Assembly (NCBI RefSeq): GCF_001447785.1
Contig: NW_015160262.1
Coordinates: 198,912-262,911 of the forward strand
From: Gekko japonicus
Lineage: Eukaryota
Reading direction: 5' to 3'
DNA length: 64,000 bases
Below the pieces are notes generated by a model. The model did no database searches. It saw only the letters and a list, made by a program, of their open reading frames with translations, and was not told the DNA's origin. The position numbers were made by a program, and so were the translations under genes. Shown here in pieces: positions 38,144 to 47,980 of the stretch. Within the stretch, counting starts at the first letter, position 1, and each line of letters starts with the position of its first letter.

Positions 38144-39531
38144 CTTTTCCCACCGGCTCATCTTCTTCATCGCTACTCGTGAGTAGCTCCTCCGCAGGAA
38201 CTTCAGCTTGCAGCGCCTGTTGGAACTTCGGCTGGGCCACACTCTTCCATGCTGGGGCGTCCACCCACTTCTTTTCTGGCTCCTTCCTGAGTACAGTTGG
38301 GGTTCCCCCTCCTGGGTAGGCGGCGGCAAAGTGACCTGCTTATCCACATCTCAGGCACAAACCTTGCTTCATGCGCTGGTCCCGCAAGCCCTCTTTGGGT
38401 TTAGGGATCTTGGGTTTGACCGTTGGCGGTCCGACCTTTCCCAGGGTGGCTGCGTTGTCTATGCGGATGGTCCTCAGGCGGTTCTCTGCGTCAGCCGCTT
38501 CCCGCATCCTGGCGTGAAGGGACACCGGTTGAACACTACGCAGGACCGTCTCACAAATCTCAGGGTGCAGACCTAGCAGGTACTGCTCTGCCATCACACC
38601 ATCCGACCAGCCCTGGATCTTCGTGGCTTGCTTTCTGAATGCCTCAGTGTATTCACGCACCGTCTTCTTACCTTGCTAAAGGTGCGCAAGTAGGCACGCG
38701 TGTGTTCACTAGCATTCGGGTCCTCCATACTGCACCCGGAGAGCCCACATGAATTCATCCACTCGCTTGAGTTCGGGGCCCTCCGAATTATGAAGGCTCA
38801 TGTACCAGTCCACTGCCTCATCACGTAGATGCGAGGCAATGTAGTCCACACGCCTCTCTTCGGTGGGAAACAGATGGCCCCAGTTAGTGATAAAGTTCTC
38901 CACTTGCACCACGAAGAACGCCAGCTTCCCAGGCGTCCCATCGAACGTGGCATCCAATAGCTCAGTCGGCTTATGTACCTCCGGCCCATCTCGGGGTCAA
39001 GGCTCCGGCATTTGGTCTCGGGGGAAGGGGGGCTGGCAGAGCTGGTTGCCCCAGAATCCCTGGTACTGCCGGCGCTCCTGGGGCAGGTTGCGCCGGTTGC
39101 TGGAGACGGATTTCATGCTGCACCACCTCGGCTACGATCTGTGGGATGCTCAGAAGCTATTATTCCACTTGTTTCATCATGTCTCCATAGGACCGTTCCA
39201 GTAACTCCTTCACTCAGCCTGCAATGCACTAGCTCTCCCCCCTCTCGGGGCCATGGCCTTCAAGGCTGGTCATAGCGGCTCCCTCGGTGCGGCCCCGGAG
39301 TAAGCATCCACGTCTCCTGGGTGTCTGCCTTGAATTTCCCCCATCGCGGGCCACGAAGGGTTGATGTCACACGTGGCCTTGTTCCCCCCACTGGTCCCAG
39401 GAAGAACCTCCCTGGTGCATCTCCTGCATCCTCGGGAATGGTGCTCGACACCGTGGTGGGGGGGGGGATGTAGTCACAAGCACGGTCTCCTCAGTTGTCA
39501 CCAGGACTATTTCTTCCTCGCCTTCGCTCAT
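38144..39531 (-). pseudogene. sushi/PEG10-like gag remnant with frameshifts and stops
   Basis: FDGTPGKLAFFVVQVENF...FPTEERRVDYIASHLRDEAVDWY, VREYTEAFR, and a degenerate zinc knuckle CLRCG*AGHFAAAY; ATG at 39531. Confidence 0.88.
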
Positions 39532-39579
39532 TTCAGTCAGGAGAGATATGGACTGAGGGGAAGATGATTTCTGACACTC

Positions 39580-40116
39580 TGTCAGGGTTCAATAGTCAGA
39601 TCGCACCACACAGCTCTTCATAAGAATTCTGTTTATTGGTAGTTCATAACTATGACACGTGTACTTCTTGTGTCAGGAATGGCCCGAAGCATCAAGGCAC
39701 CCTGAATTATACTAGTTTCAAAACACCCACCCCCCTACAAACAAAGGCCAATAAGCAAAGTCCGCGCACAGGGGAAAGAGAGCAGGCAAAGGAGAAACCG
39801 TTTGTTCCCAGCGAGTCGGTAGCAGCTGGCACATCCAAGGTCAGTCAGGAATGGCCCAAAGCAGCAGGGCACCCAAAGTTTATAGTAGTCTCAAAGCACC
39901 CCCCATTACAAGCATAAGCCAATAAGCATTGTGCATGGTCCTGCGCGTGAGAGAGAAAATGAGCAGGAGAAAAGTGAGCCGTTTGTTCTCAGCAGGTCAG
40001 GAGCAGCTGTCAAAAAAGCATACACAGATAACAACTCAGACAGTAGACATCTTTAGTGTTCCAGGAAAGAGGATCACTCCCCACACATTCCAAAGACACG
40101 GCAGTGTTAACTGACA
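39580..40116 (-). repeat. 5' LTR (537 bp, with an internal ~172-bp tandem duplication)
   Basis: TG...CA termini; AATAAA on the minus strand at 39632-39637; TATAA at 39711-39707; CCAAT near 39748. Confidence 0.92.
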
Positions 40117-40884
40117 CTAACTTTAATCACAATACACAACCTTAAAATAGTGTCCAGTCAATAATAGAAGGAAGCTCTGGCTCATACAACAAGGTAATAA
40201 AGCTATATTGGGATAGGCAGCACTGTGGTTATTTCAGGCCCACTTGATCCTTGGTTTCAGTTGCTATTTTTATTGAGAATTTGCTTTGAATAGCAGTGGC
40301 AGGTATCTTTTAAAAAGGGAGAGATTTGGAGTTTGCGATTTTATTTATGGGTTTTTTATGATTAATATTTTATTGAGTGTACATGTATCCATATATTTTA
40401 TACATATCTTAACACTTCATTTTCCATATATTCTCCTCTTTCTAGAAATCATATTAAACATTGAAAGCATATAAATAATCTCCATCCTTGTTATTTTATT
40501 CCCTTTCTTTACCTGCTTAGCCAGACCACTGTACAACTTCCTCTAATTCATAATCTAAACATTATTAGATTCTTCCTTAATTTATCTCAGATTTCTTTTC
40601 TTCTTTAGCTGGATTCCCTCCATACACACGTATTTTATACTTATAATATATCTTATTCCATACCTAAAAAGGAAAGTTGAACAGGGTTGCCTCCGAAACT
40701 GGGTGCTGCAGAGAAACCTCTGCAAAAGAAGGAAACCCTCCTCCCTCTGATCGGAGGTGTTGTTTTAACTATTATTGTCAGCTGCCTTTGAGCCATGAGG
40801 AAAAATGGGATAAAAATGTTTTAATAAGTAAATAAAACAAGTCACCTCAGATCTATGAGGCTGTGTAAATTGTAGAATGAATTC

Positions 40885-42380
40885 CCTGGTACTTCTCTAA
40901 TTTTCACCCCTTCCTGTGAAATACAGGGGGAGCTCCGGCACCTCATATTTTGACTCCTTTGCTGTCAAATCAATGTGGGCATGTAGTTGTGAACTGGAGC
41001 CCCAGCACCTCTCTCTTTGTTACCCTCTTCCTGACTGTCAAATCCAGAAGGGTGCACAATTTTCAAAAAATGAGCCCCAGCACCTCTCATTTTAACACCT
41101 TTGCTGTCGAATCCATTTTGCCCTGTAGTTGCGATCCGGAGCCCCAGCACCCCTCTCCTTTTCACCCTCTTCCTGTCAAATCCAGGAGGGGATGTCGTTG
41201 CCAGATCTAATCCCCAGCACCCCTCGCATTTTTACTCCTTTGCTGTCAAATACATGTGGACCAGTATTTGTGAACCTGAGACCTGGCACACTGCTCTTTC
41301 TTACCCTCTTCCAGACAAATCCATCGGTGTGTAGTCGTGATGTGAACCTGGGGCCCAGCACGTATCTCATCTTAATCCCCTTCCTGTCCAATCTGGGAGT
41401 GCATGTGGTACTTGCAGAACCTGATCCCCAGCACCTCTCTCGTTTTCACTCCTTTGCTATCAAGCCCAGGAAGACGTTGTGAACCTGAGCCCCAGCACCT
41501 TTCTCCTTGTCACCCTCTTCCTGTCAGATCCAGGAGGGTGCATAATTTGCAACGCCTGAGCCCCAGCACCTCTCATTCTGACACCTCTGCTGCCCAATCC
41601 GGACGTGCAGTTGCAAACCTGAGCCCCGGCACACATCTCTCTCTCTCTCTCTCTTTTTAAAAAAACTTTTTATTTTAAATTTGTAACATGAATAAACGTA
41701 ACATAACCTTAACAAGATAAGATGAAGCATAAAGGTAAAGGTTCCCTTGCTCGATAGCCAGACGAATCCGACTCTAGGGTTGCGGTGTTCATCTCTGTTT
41801 CAAAGCCGAAGAGCCAGCGCTGTCTGAAGACATTTCCGTGGTCATGTGGCCAGCATGACTAAACACCAAGGCGCACGGAACGCTGTTACCTTCCCACTGA
41901 AGTGGTACCTATTTATCTACTTGCAATTTCTTGCTTTCGAACTGCTAGGTTGGCAGGAGCTGGAACTAGAGACAGGAGCTCACTCCGTCATGCGGCACGC
42001 GGGTCTCGAACTGCTGAACTACTGACCTTCCACAGCCTGCAGTTCAGCGTCTTAACCACTTGAGCTTCCCTAAACAGGAGCAGTGACAGACTAAAATACA
42101 AGTCAATTAACATTAGTACAAAAACAAAACATTAATTTTTTCCCCCCGGGGAATCGCCTGGTTTGCCTTAGTATTTCTCCCGATGTACTCCAGGAAAGGG
42201 AATAATTTTTCTGACACCCGTCTTCTTTCTTCCACCCTCTTCCCGCCAAATCCAACGGGCCATATAATCGCCCCGCTCTCTTTCACACCTTTTCTCTCAA
42301 AGCCAGGAGGCCGGGTAAAGTTAGTTGTGCACCAGAGCTCCGGCACCTCACGTTAACCCCTCTGGCTGTCAAACCCTGGG
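40885..42380. repeat. degenerate ~65-75 bp tandem array (about 12 units at 40885-41650 and about 3 more at 42220-42380)
   Basis: Recurrent GAGCCCCAGCACCTCTC...CTGTCAAATCC core at about 40931, 40997, 41072, 41139, 41211, 41278, 41351, 41423, 41487, 41558, 41621 and 42335. Confidence 0.88.
41731..42065 (-). mobile_element. Sauria SINE upstream of NUDT19
   Basis: Same family sequence. Confidence 0.9.
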
Positions 42381-42573
42381 GAGGCGTGTGGACGCCGAAT
42401 CCTTTATTCCTCCTCCTGCTTTCCCCTCATAGGCCGCCGCCGCCGCCGCCTCCTCCCCGCCCGTTTGCCTCAGAATCCGTTCCAAGGCCGCTGGGTGGTT
42501 GGCGGCGGCGGCCATGCGCCCGACCTCGGACTCACCTTCCCACCGGCAGGAAATCGACGGCGACTTCGCCGGG

Positions 42574-43343
42574 ATGAACTCGCGGCTGCGGCACTGGCGT
42601 GAGGCCGCCACGGTGCTCCTGACGGCCGGCGGTGTCGGCCCGGGCCCGGCGGCGCCCGGCGTCGGGACTGGGGCCCGGCGTCGGCCCGGGTCCTCCTCCT
42701 CCTCCTCCCCCTCCTTCGACTACCACGTGCTGCTGCTGCGGCGGAGCCCCCGCAGCGCGTTCATGCCCAGCGCCCACGTCTTCCCGGGCGGCGTGGTGNN
42801 NNNNNNNNNNNNNNNNNNNNNNNNNNNNNNNNNNNNNNNNNNNNNNNNNNNNNNNNNNNNNNNNNNNNNNNNNNNNNNNNNNNNNNNNNNNNNNNNNNNN
42901 NNNNNNNNNNNNNNNNNNNNNNNNNNNNNNNNNNNNNNNNNNNNNNNNNNNNNNNNNNNNNNNNNNNNNNNNNNNNNNNNNNNNNNNNNNNNNNNNNNNN
43001 NNNNNNNNNNNNNNNNNNNNNNNNNNNNNNNNNNNNNNNNNNNNNNNNNNNNNNNNNNNNNNNNNNNNNNNNNNNNNNNNNNNNNNNNNNNNCCCCCGGG
43101 CCCCTCCCGCCGGCCCCCGAGCTGGCCGAGTGGCGGCTGCGGGTGCAGCGGCAGCCGGCCTGCTTCCTGCAGCTCTGCCGGCACCTGCGCTGCGTGCCCA
43201 ACATCTGGGCGCTGCACGAGTGGAGCAACTGGCTGACCCCCGTGGGCCGCGGCCGGCGCTACGACACCGCCTTCTACCTCTGCTGCCTCGGGCAAGGCCC
43301 GCCGCCCGCCTCCCACGACCAGGTGGAGGTCACCGCCTGCCAG
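42574..43343 (+). CDS. NUDT19: NUDT19 (peroxisomal acyl-CoA diphosphatase, Nudix family) exon 1; interrupted by N-gap 42799-43092
   Basis: MNSRLRHWREAATVLL...VLLLRRSPRSAFMPSAHVFPGGVV before the gap and ELAEWRLRVQRQPACFLQLCRHLRCVPNIWALHEWSNWLTP...RRYDTAFYLC...EVTACQ|gtgagg after it. The frame offset across the gap is attributed to gap-size estimation. Alternative in-frame ATG at 42514. Confidence 0.93.
42799..43092. other. assembly gap (294 N) inside NUDT19 exon 1
   Basis: N run in a very GC-rich exon; it probably hides most of the Nudix box. Confidence 0.98.
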
Positions 43344-43608
43344 GTGAGGAGGAGGAGGAGGAGGAGGCGCTAGGGGTGCCAGCCCCCAGGTGGGGCCTGG
43401 GGACCCCCGGAATCACAGCTCCTCTCCAGACTACAGAGATCAGTTCTCCTGGAGAAAATGGAGGCTTTTGGAGGGTGGACCCAGTCTAGGGCCTTGTACC
43501 CCACTGAGCTCCTTGCCCTCCCGAGCCTACCTCCCCAAATCAACAGGAGTTTCTCAACCTGGATTTGGCAGCCCATCCCCCGCTGGTGGCCAGGGGGGAC
43601 CTAGCAAC

Positions 43609-43814
43609 CAGTGTTCCCTCTAAGCTGAGTTAGTGTGAGCCAGCTCACAGTTTTTTAGCCTCTGGCTCACTCATTTTTGCCTCCGCTCAGGAAGGCGGGC
43701 TCCACAGCAAACTAATTTATGCAGGAGCCAAATCCCTCGCTCACACCTTTAATGCCAGCAGCTCACCAAGTAGGATTGTTGCTCACAAGACTCTACATCT
43801 TAGAGGGAACATTG
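43609..43814. mobile_element. hAT-type MITE
   Basis: TIRs CAGTGTTCCCTCTAAG / CTTAGAGGGAACATTG; near-TSD CTAGCAAC/GTAGCAAC. Confidence 0.8.
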
Positions 43815-44578
43815 CGTAGCAACCCTAGCAGATTCGGGGGGGGGGCCACAGAAAGGTGCCTTCTTCCCCCTCACCTCCCAACGACTGCACACTCTTCCCC
43901 TCGCCCCCCTCCTGGACTCCCTCCACCTTGTCTTATTAAAAGAATAAAACAAGAGTGTAGTGGCACCTGGCTACGAATGGACACAGTCTCTTCCTGCCCC
44001 AAACTTTCATGAAGTGAGGCTCTGACTCACAGAAGTTTATGTGGGAATAAATGGTGGTTGTCTGTATTAAGGCCCTCCCCCGTGCTTCTGTCTTTGTGGG
44101 GTAGGGCAGGAGATAAGTTTAATAAATATATGATGGTGCTTCAGACTAACTGGGCTGCCCAGTTCCTAGACGACCAAAGGAGAAGAACCCTCAAAAGGGG
44201 TGGAGAATGTGCACAAAGTTTGCATTTGCTTATTTACATCCCTAGATGCAAATCCATGCATAATGGCTGTAATAGAAATAGAAACGCAACTCCCCCGAGT
44301 GCTATGCTGGTGCTGTCTGGATGGGAAGCTTTTCGTAGCTCTCTAGAGATAGCTTCCTAGGTGCTCTGTGGCTGCTCAGGAGACCGGCCTCCTTAGCTGA
44401 CTTGGTTGGACAGAAACACAGCCCAGAAATTTGGAGGACAAAATTCACCTGTCCTGCAAAACAGGACATTTCACCACTCCTGTCTTTTCTTGAGTCCTGC
44501 ACCCAGGGGCAGATTAAGGCTCACTTGGTGCCCCCCTCCTTTCCACACTGACCCAGTCCATTTTAGTTGTTGACCTGT

Positions 44579-47500
44579 TGGCACAGATTAGGAGTCTCAA
44601 TGCGTGGATGAGACAATGGTGTAGGGGGGAAGGGTTCAGGTTTGTTAGGCACTGGGATGCTTTTTGGAACAAGAGGGAGCTGTACAGGCGAGACGGTCTC
44701 CACTTGTCCCGAGAAGGAACCAGGCTGCTGGCACTTAAAATCAAAAAGGTGGCAGAGCAGCTTTTAAACTAAATATTGGGGGAAAGCCGACAGGAGATGA
44801 AAAGTCTCTGGTTCGGGTTGGCTCATCTGAGAGAGGTGAGGGGGTACCGGTTGCTTTTCTACAGGGAGGTGAATTGAAATTGTCCACAGAGGCCATGGCT
44901 GGTGACATGGACTGCCGGACAACGACTCGAGATAGCAAGAGGAAGGATGCAGGCTTAACTTGTAAGGGAAATTACAGCTGTTTCTATACAAATGCTAGAA
45001 GTGTCCGAGGTAAAATCGGGGAGTTGGAGTGCTTGGTGTCGGAGGGAAAAATAGACATTGTGGGTATTTCTGAAACTTGGTGGGATGAGGAAAATCAGTG
45101 GGACACAGTGATTCCCGGTTATATATTATATCGGAAGGATAGGGGGGGAAGGGTTGGAGGTGGGGTAGCTCTGTATGTCAGAGAGGGTATAAAGTCTAGA
45201 AAGATTGAGAGGCTAAGTGAATTGGATTCGCTTCTGGAAGTTCTATGGGTTGAAATAGGGGGGCCAAAAGGAAACTTAACACTGGGAGTTTGTTATCGCC
45301 CACCAGATCAAAAGATAGAGGAGGATTATAAAATGATGAATGCCTTAAAGATAGCAACTAGACAAAAACACTGTGTAATAATAGGTGATTTTAACTACCC
45401 ACACATTGATTGGGTCAATATGTGTTCTAGCCGGGAAAAAGAGATTGAGTTTCTAGACACTCTAAATGACTGTGCTATGGAGCAGATGGTCACGGAACCT
45501 ACCAGGGGAGAGGCGATCCTTGATTTGGTCCTAAGTAACACTCAAGACCTGGTGAGAGATGTAAAAGTGATTGCACCGCTTGGAAACAGTGATCATAATG
45601 TTGTTGAGTTCATCATTTGTACAAATAGAGAATTGGCCAAAAAGACTCACACAACCATTTTTAACTTTAAAAGGGGTAATTTCTCTGATATGAGGGGACA
45701 CGTGGGGAGGAAACTGAAAGGAAAAGTAGAAAGGGTCAAAACAATTGGGGAAGCTTGGGATCTATTTAAAACTACGATCCTAGAAGCTCAAAAAATATAT
45801 ATTCCGCAGGTTAGGAAAGGCACAAACAGGTATAGGAAAAAGCCTGCATGGTTAACAAACAGAGTAATGGAGGCTGTAAAAAGTAAAAAGAATTCCTTTA
45901 AGCAGTGGAAAGCTAGTCACAGTGAGGCTGATAAAACGGAACACAGGCTATGGCAAATAAAATGCAAGTCTGAGGTCAGGCAGGCAAAAAGGGAATATGA
46001 GGAGCATATAGCAAAAAACGTAAAAACCAACAATAAAACTTTCTTCAAATACATTAGAAACAGGAAACCAGCCAGGGAGGCAGTGGGGCCCTTGGACGAC
46101 CAAGGGGTAAAAGGAGTATTGAAGGATGATAGGGAAATGGCTGAGAAGCTAAATGCATTTTTTGCCTCCGTCTTCACTGTGGAAGATGAGAAGTGCTTGC
46201 CCACTCCAGAACCACTGATTTCAGGAGGGGTGTTGAAAGACCTGAGTCAGATTGAGGTGACGAGAGAGGAGGTCCTAAAACTGATAGACAACTTAAAAAC
46301 TGAAAAATCACCAGGCCCAGATGGCATACATCCGAGAGTTCTGAAAGAACTCAAATGTGAACTTGTAGATCTCCTGACAAAGATATGTAATCTTTCCTTA
46401 AAATCTGCCTCCATTCCTGAGGATTGGAAGGTAGCTAATGTCACTCCCATCTTTAAAAAGGGTTCCAGAGGAGATCCGGGAAATTACAGGCCAGTCAGTC
46501 TGACGTCGATACCGGGTAAATTGGTGGAAACCATTATTAAGGAAAGAATTAGTAGGCACATAGATGAACAAAACCTATTGAGGCAGACTCAGCACGGTTT
46601 CTGTAAGGGAAGATCTTGTCTCACTAACCTGTTAGTGTTCTTTGAGGGGGTGAACAAACATGTGGACAAGGGGGATCCAATAGATATTATTTACCTTGAC
46701 TTCCAGAAAGCTTTTGATAAAGTTCCTCATCAAAGGCTCCTAAGTAAGCTCAAAAATCATGGGATAGAAGGACAAGTCCTTTTATGGATCAAAAACTGGC
46801 TAGTTCATAGAAAACAGAGAGTGAGTGTAGGTGGGCAATTTTCTCAGTGGAGGGTGGTAAGCAGTGGGGTACCGCAGGGATCAGTACTTGGTCCACTGCT
46901 TTTTAACTTGTTCATTAATGATTTGGAGATGGGAGTAAGCAGTGAAGTGGCTAAATTTGCGGATGATACAAAGTTGTTCAGGGTGGTGAAAACCAGTGAG
47001 GATTGTGAGGCACTCCAAGGGGATCTGTCAAGGATGGGCGAGTGGGCGTCAACATGGCAAATGGGGTTCAATGTGGCCAAGTGCAAGGTGATGCACATTG
47101 GAGCCAAAAATCCTAAATATAAATACACATTGATGGGGTCTGAACTGGCAGAGACTGAGCAAGAGAGAGATCTTGGAGTTGTAGTGGATAACTCACTGAA
47201 AATGTCGAGACAGTGTGTGACTGCAATAAAGAAGGCCAATGCTATGCTGGGGATTATTAGGAAGGGTATTGAAAACAGATCAGCCAATATAATAATGCCC
47301 CTATATAAATCAATGGTGAGACCTCATTTGGAATACTGTGTGCAGTTCTGGGCACCACACCTTAAAAAGGATATTATAGCTTTGGAAAAAGTGCAGAAAA
47401 GGGCAACTCGAATGATAAAAGGGTTGGAACACTTTCCCTATGAGGAAAGGTTAAAGCGCTTAGGGCTCTTTAGCTTGGAGAAAAGACGACTGAGGGGTGA

Positions 47501-47980
47501 CATGATCGAGGTTTATAAGATTATGCATGGGAAAGAGCAGGTAAAGAAAGAGGTACTTTTCTCCCTTTCTCACAATACAAGAACTCGTGGGCACTCCATG
47601 AAACTGCAGAGCGGTCGGGTTAGAACGGATAAAAGGAAGTACTTCTTCACCCAAAGAGTGATTAACACATGGAATTCACTGCCACAGGAAGTGGTGGGTG
47701 CTACAAGCATGGACGGCTTCAAAAGGGAATTAGATAAGCATATGGAGCAGAGGTCCATCAGTGGCTATTAGCCACAAGGTATAGCTAGGGGCTCTGGGGC
47801 AAGTGATGCTCTGTCTTCTTGGTGCTTGGGGGGGGGGTCAACAGTGGGAGGGCTTCTAATGTCCTGGCCCCACTGCTGGACCTCCTGATGGCACTGGTAT
47901 TTCTGGCCACTGTGTGACACAGAGTGTTGGACTGGATGGGCCTTTGGCCTGATCCAACATTGGCGTCTCTTATGTTCTTA
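44579..47980 (+). mobile_element. CR1 LINE, 5'-truncated within ORF1, ORF2 intact
   Basis: ORF1 esterase-like tail (44578-44772, RDGLHLSREG), ORF2, 3' UTR ending in TTCTTATG-type octamer repeats; TSD TGACCTGT at 44571-44578 and 47981-47988. Confidence 0.95.
44895..47771 (+). CDS. CR1 ORF2: APE endonuclease plus reverse transcriptase (first ATG 44895; frame open from 44874)
   Basis: YTNARS, VGISETW, IIGDFN, SDH (APE); YRPVSL, YLDFQKAFDKV, GVPQGSVLGP, FADDT (RT); no stops over 965 codons. Confidence 0.93.
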   Translation: MAGDMDCRTTTRDSKRKDAGLTCKGNYSCFYTNARSVRGKIGELECLVSEGKIDIVGISETWWDEENQWDTVIPGYILYRKDRGGRVGGGVALYVREGIKSRKIERLSELDSLLEVLWVEIGGPKGNLTLGVCYRPPDQKIEEDYKMMNALKIATRQKHCVIIGDFNYPHIDWVNMCSSREKEIEFLDTLNDCAMEQMVTEPTRGEAILDLVLSNTQDLVRDVKVIAPLGNSDHNVVEFIICTNRELAKKTHTTIFNFKRGNFSDMRGHVGRKLKGKVERVKTIGEAWDLFKTTILEAQKIYIPQVRKGTNRYRKKPAWLTNRVMEAVKSKKNSFKQWKASHSEADKTEHRLWQIKCKSEVRQAKREYEEHIAKNVKTNNKTFFKYIRNRKPAREAVGPLDDQGVKGVLKDDREMAEKLNAFFASVFTVEDEKCLPTPEPLISGGVLKDLSQIEVTREEVLKLIDNLKTEKSPGPDGIHPRVLKELKCELVDLLTKICNLSLKSASIPEDWKVANVTPIFKKGSRGDPGNYRPVSLTSIPGKLVETIIKERISRHIDEQNLLRQTQHGFCKGRSCLTNLLVFFEGVNKHVDKGDPIDIIYLDFQKAFDKVPHQRLLSKLKNHGIEGQVLLWIKNWLVHRKQRVSVGGQFSQWRVVSSGVPQGSVLGPLLFNLFINDLEMGVSSEVAKFADDTKLFRVVKTSEDCEALQGDLSRMGEWASTWQMGFNVAKCKVMHIGAKNPKYKYTLMGSELAETEQERDLGVVVDNSLKMSRQCVTAIKKANAMLGIIRKGIENRSANIIMPLYKSMVRPHLEYCVQFWAPHLKKDIIALEKVQKRATRMIKGLEHFPYEERLKRLGLFSLEKRRLRGDMIEVYKIMHGKEQVKKEVLFSLSHNTRTRGHSMKLQSGRVRTDKRKYFFTQRVINTWNSLPQEVVGATSMDGFKRELDKHMEQRSISGY

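Larger units (their letters stand above)
36291..40116 (-). mobile_element. Ty3/Gypsy chromovirus (Tf1/sushi-like) LTR retrotransposon, internally deleted and decayed
   Basis: Two related LTRs with TGTCA...TGACA ends, 5-bp TSD CTAAC (36286-36290 and 40117-40121), polypurine tract next to the left (3') LTR at about 36669-36696, and gag, RT C-terminus, RNase H, integrase and chromodomain-tail remnants on the minus strand. Confidence 0.93.
42130..43420. promoter_or_regulatory. CpG island over the NUDT19 promoter and exon 1
   Basis: Dense CpG and GCC runs flanking the NUDT19 start codon. Confidence 0.8.

Noticed and set aside
40885-41650. CRISPR-like look of the repeat/variable-tail array, and repeated FDSKGVKMRG peptides on the minus strand
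   Set aside because: Vertebrate context with no cas genes, repeats too degenerate, and tails related to each other. Unit lengths shift the reading frame, so it is not a coding repeat.
42574-43343. Apparent frameshift in NUDT19 exon 1 suggesting a pseudogene
   Set aside because: The offset falls across a 294-N gap of estimated length; both flanks and exons 2-3 are intact.
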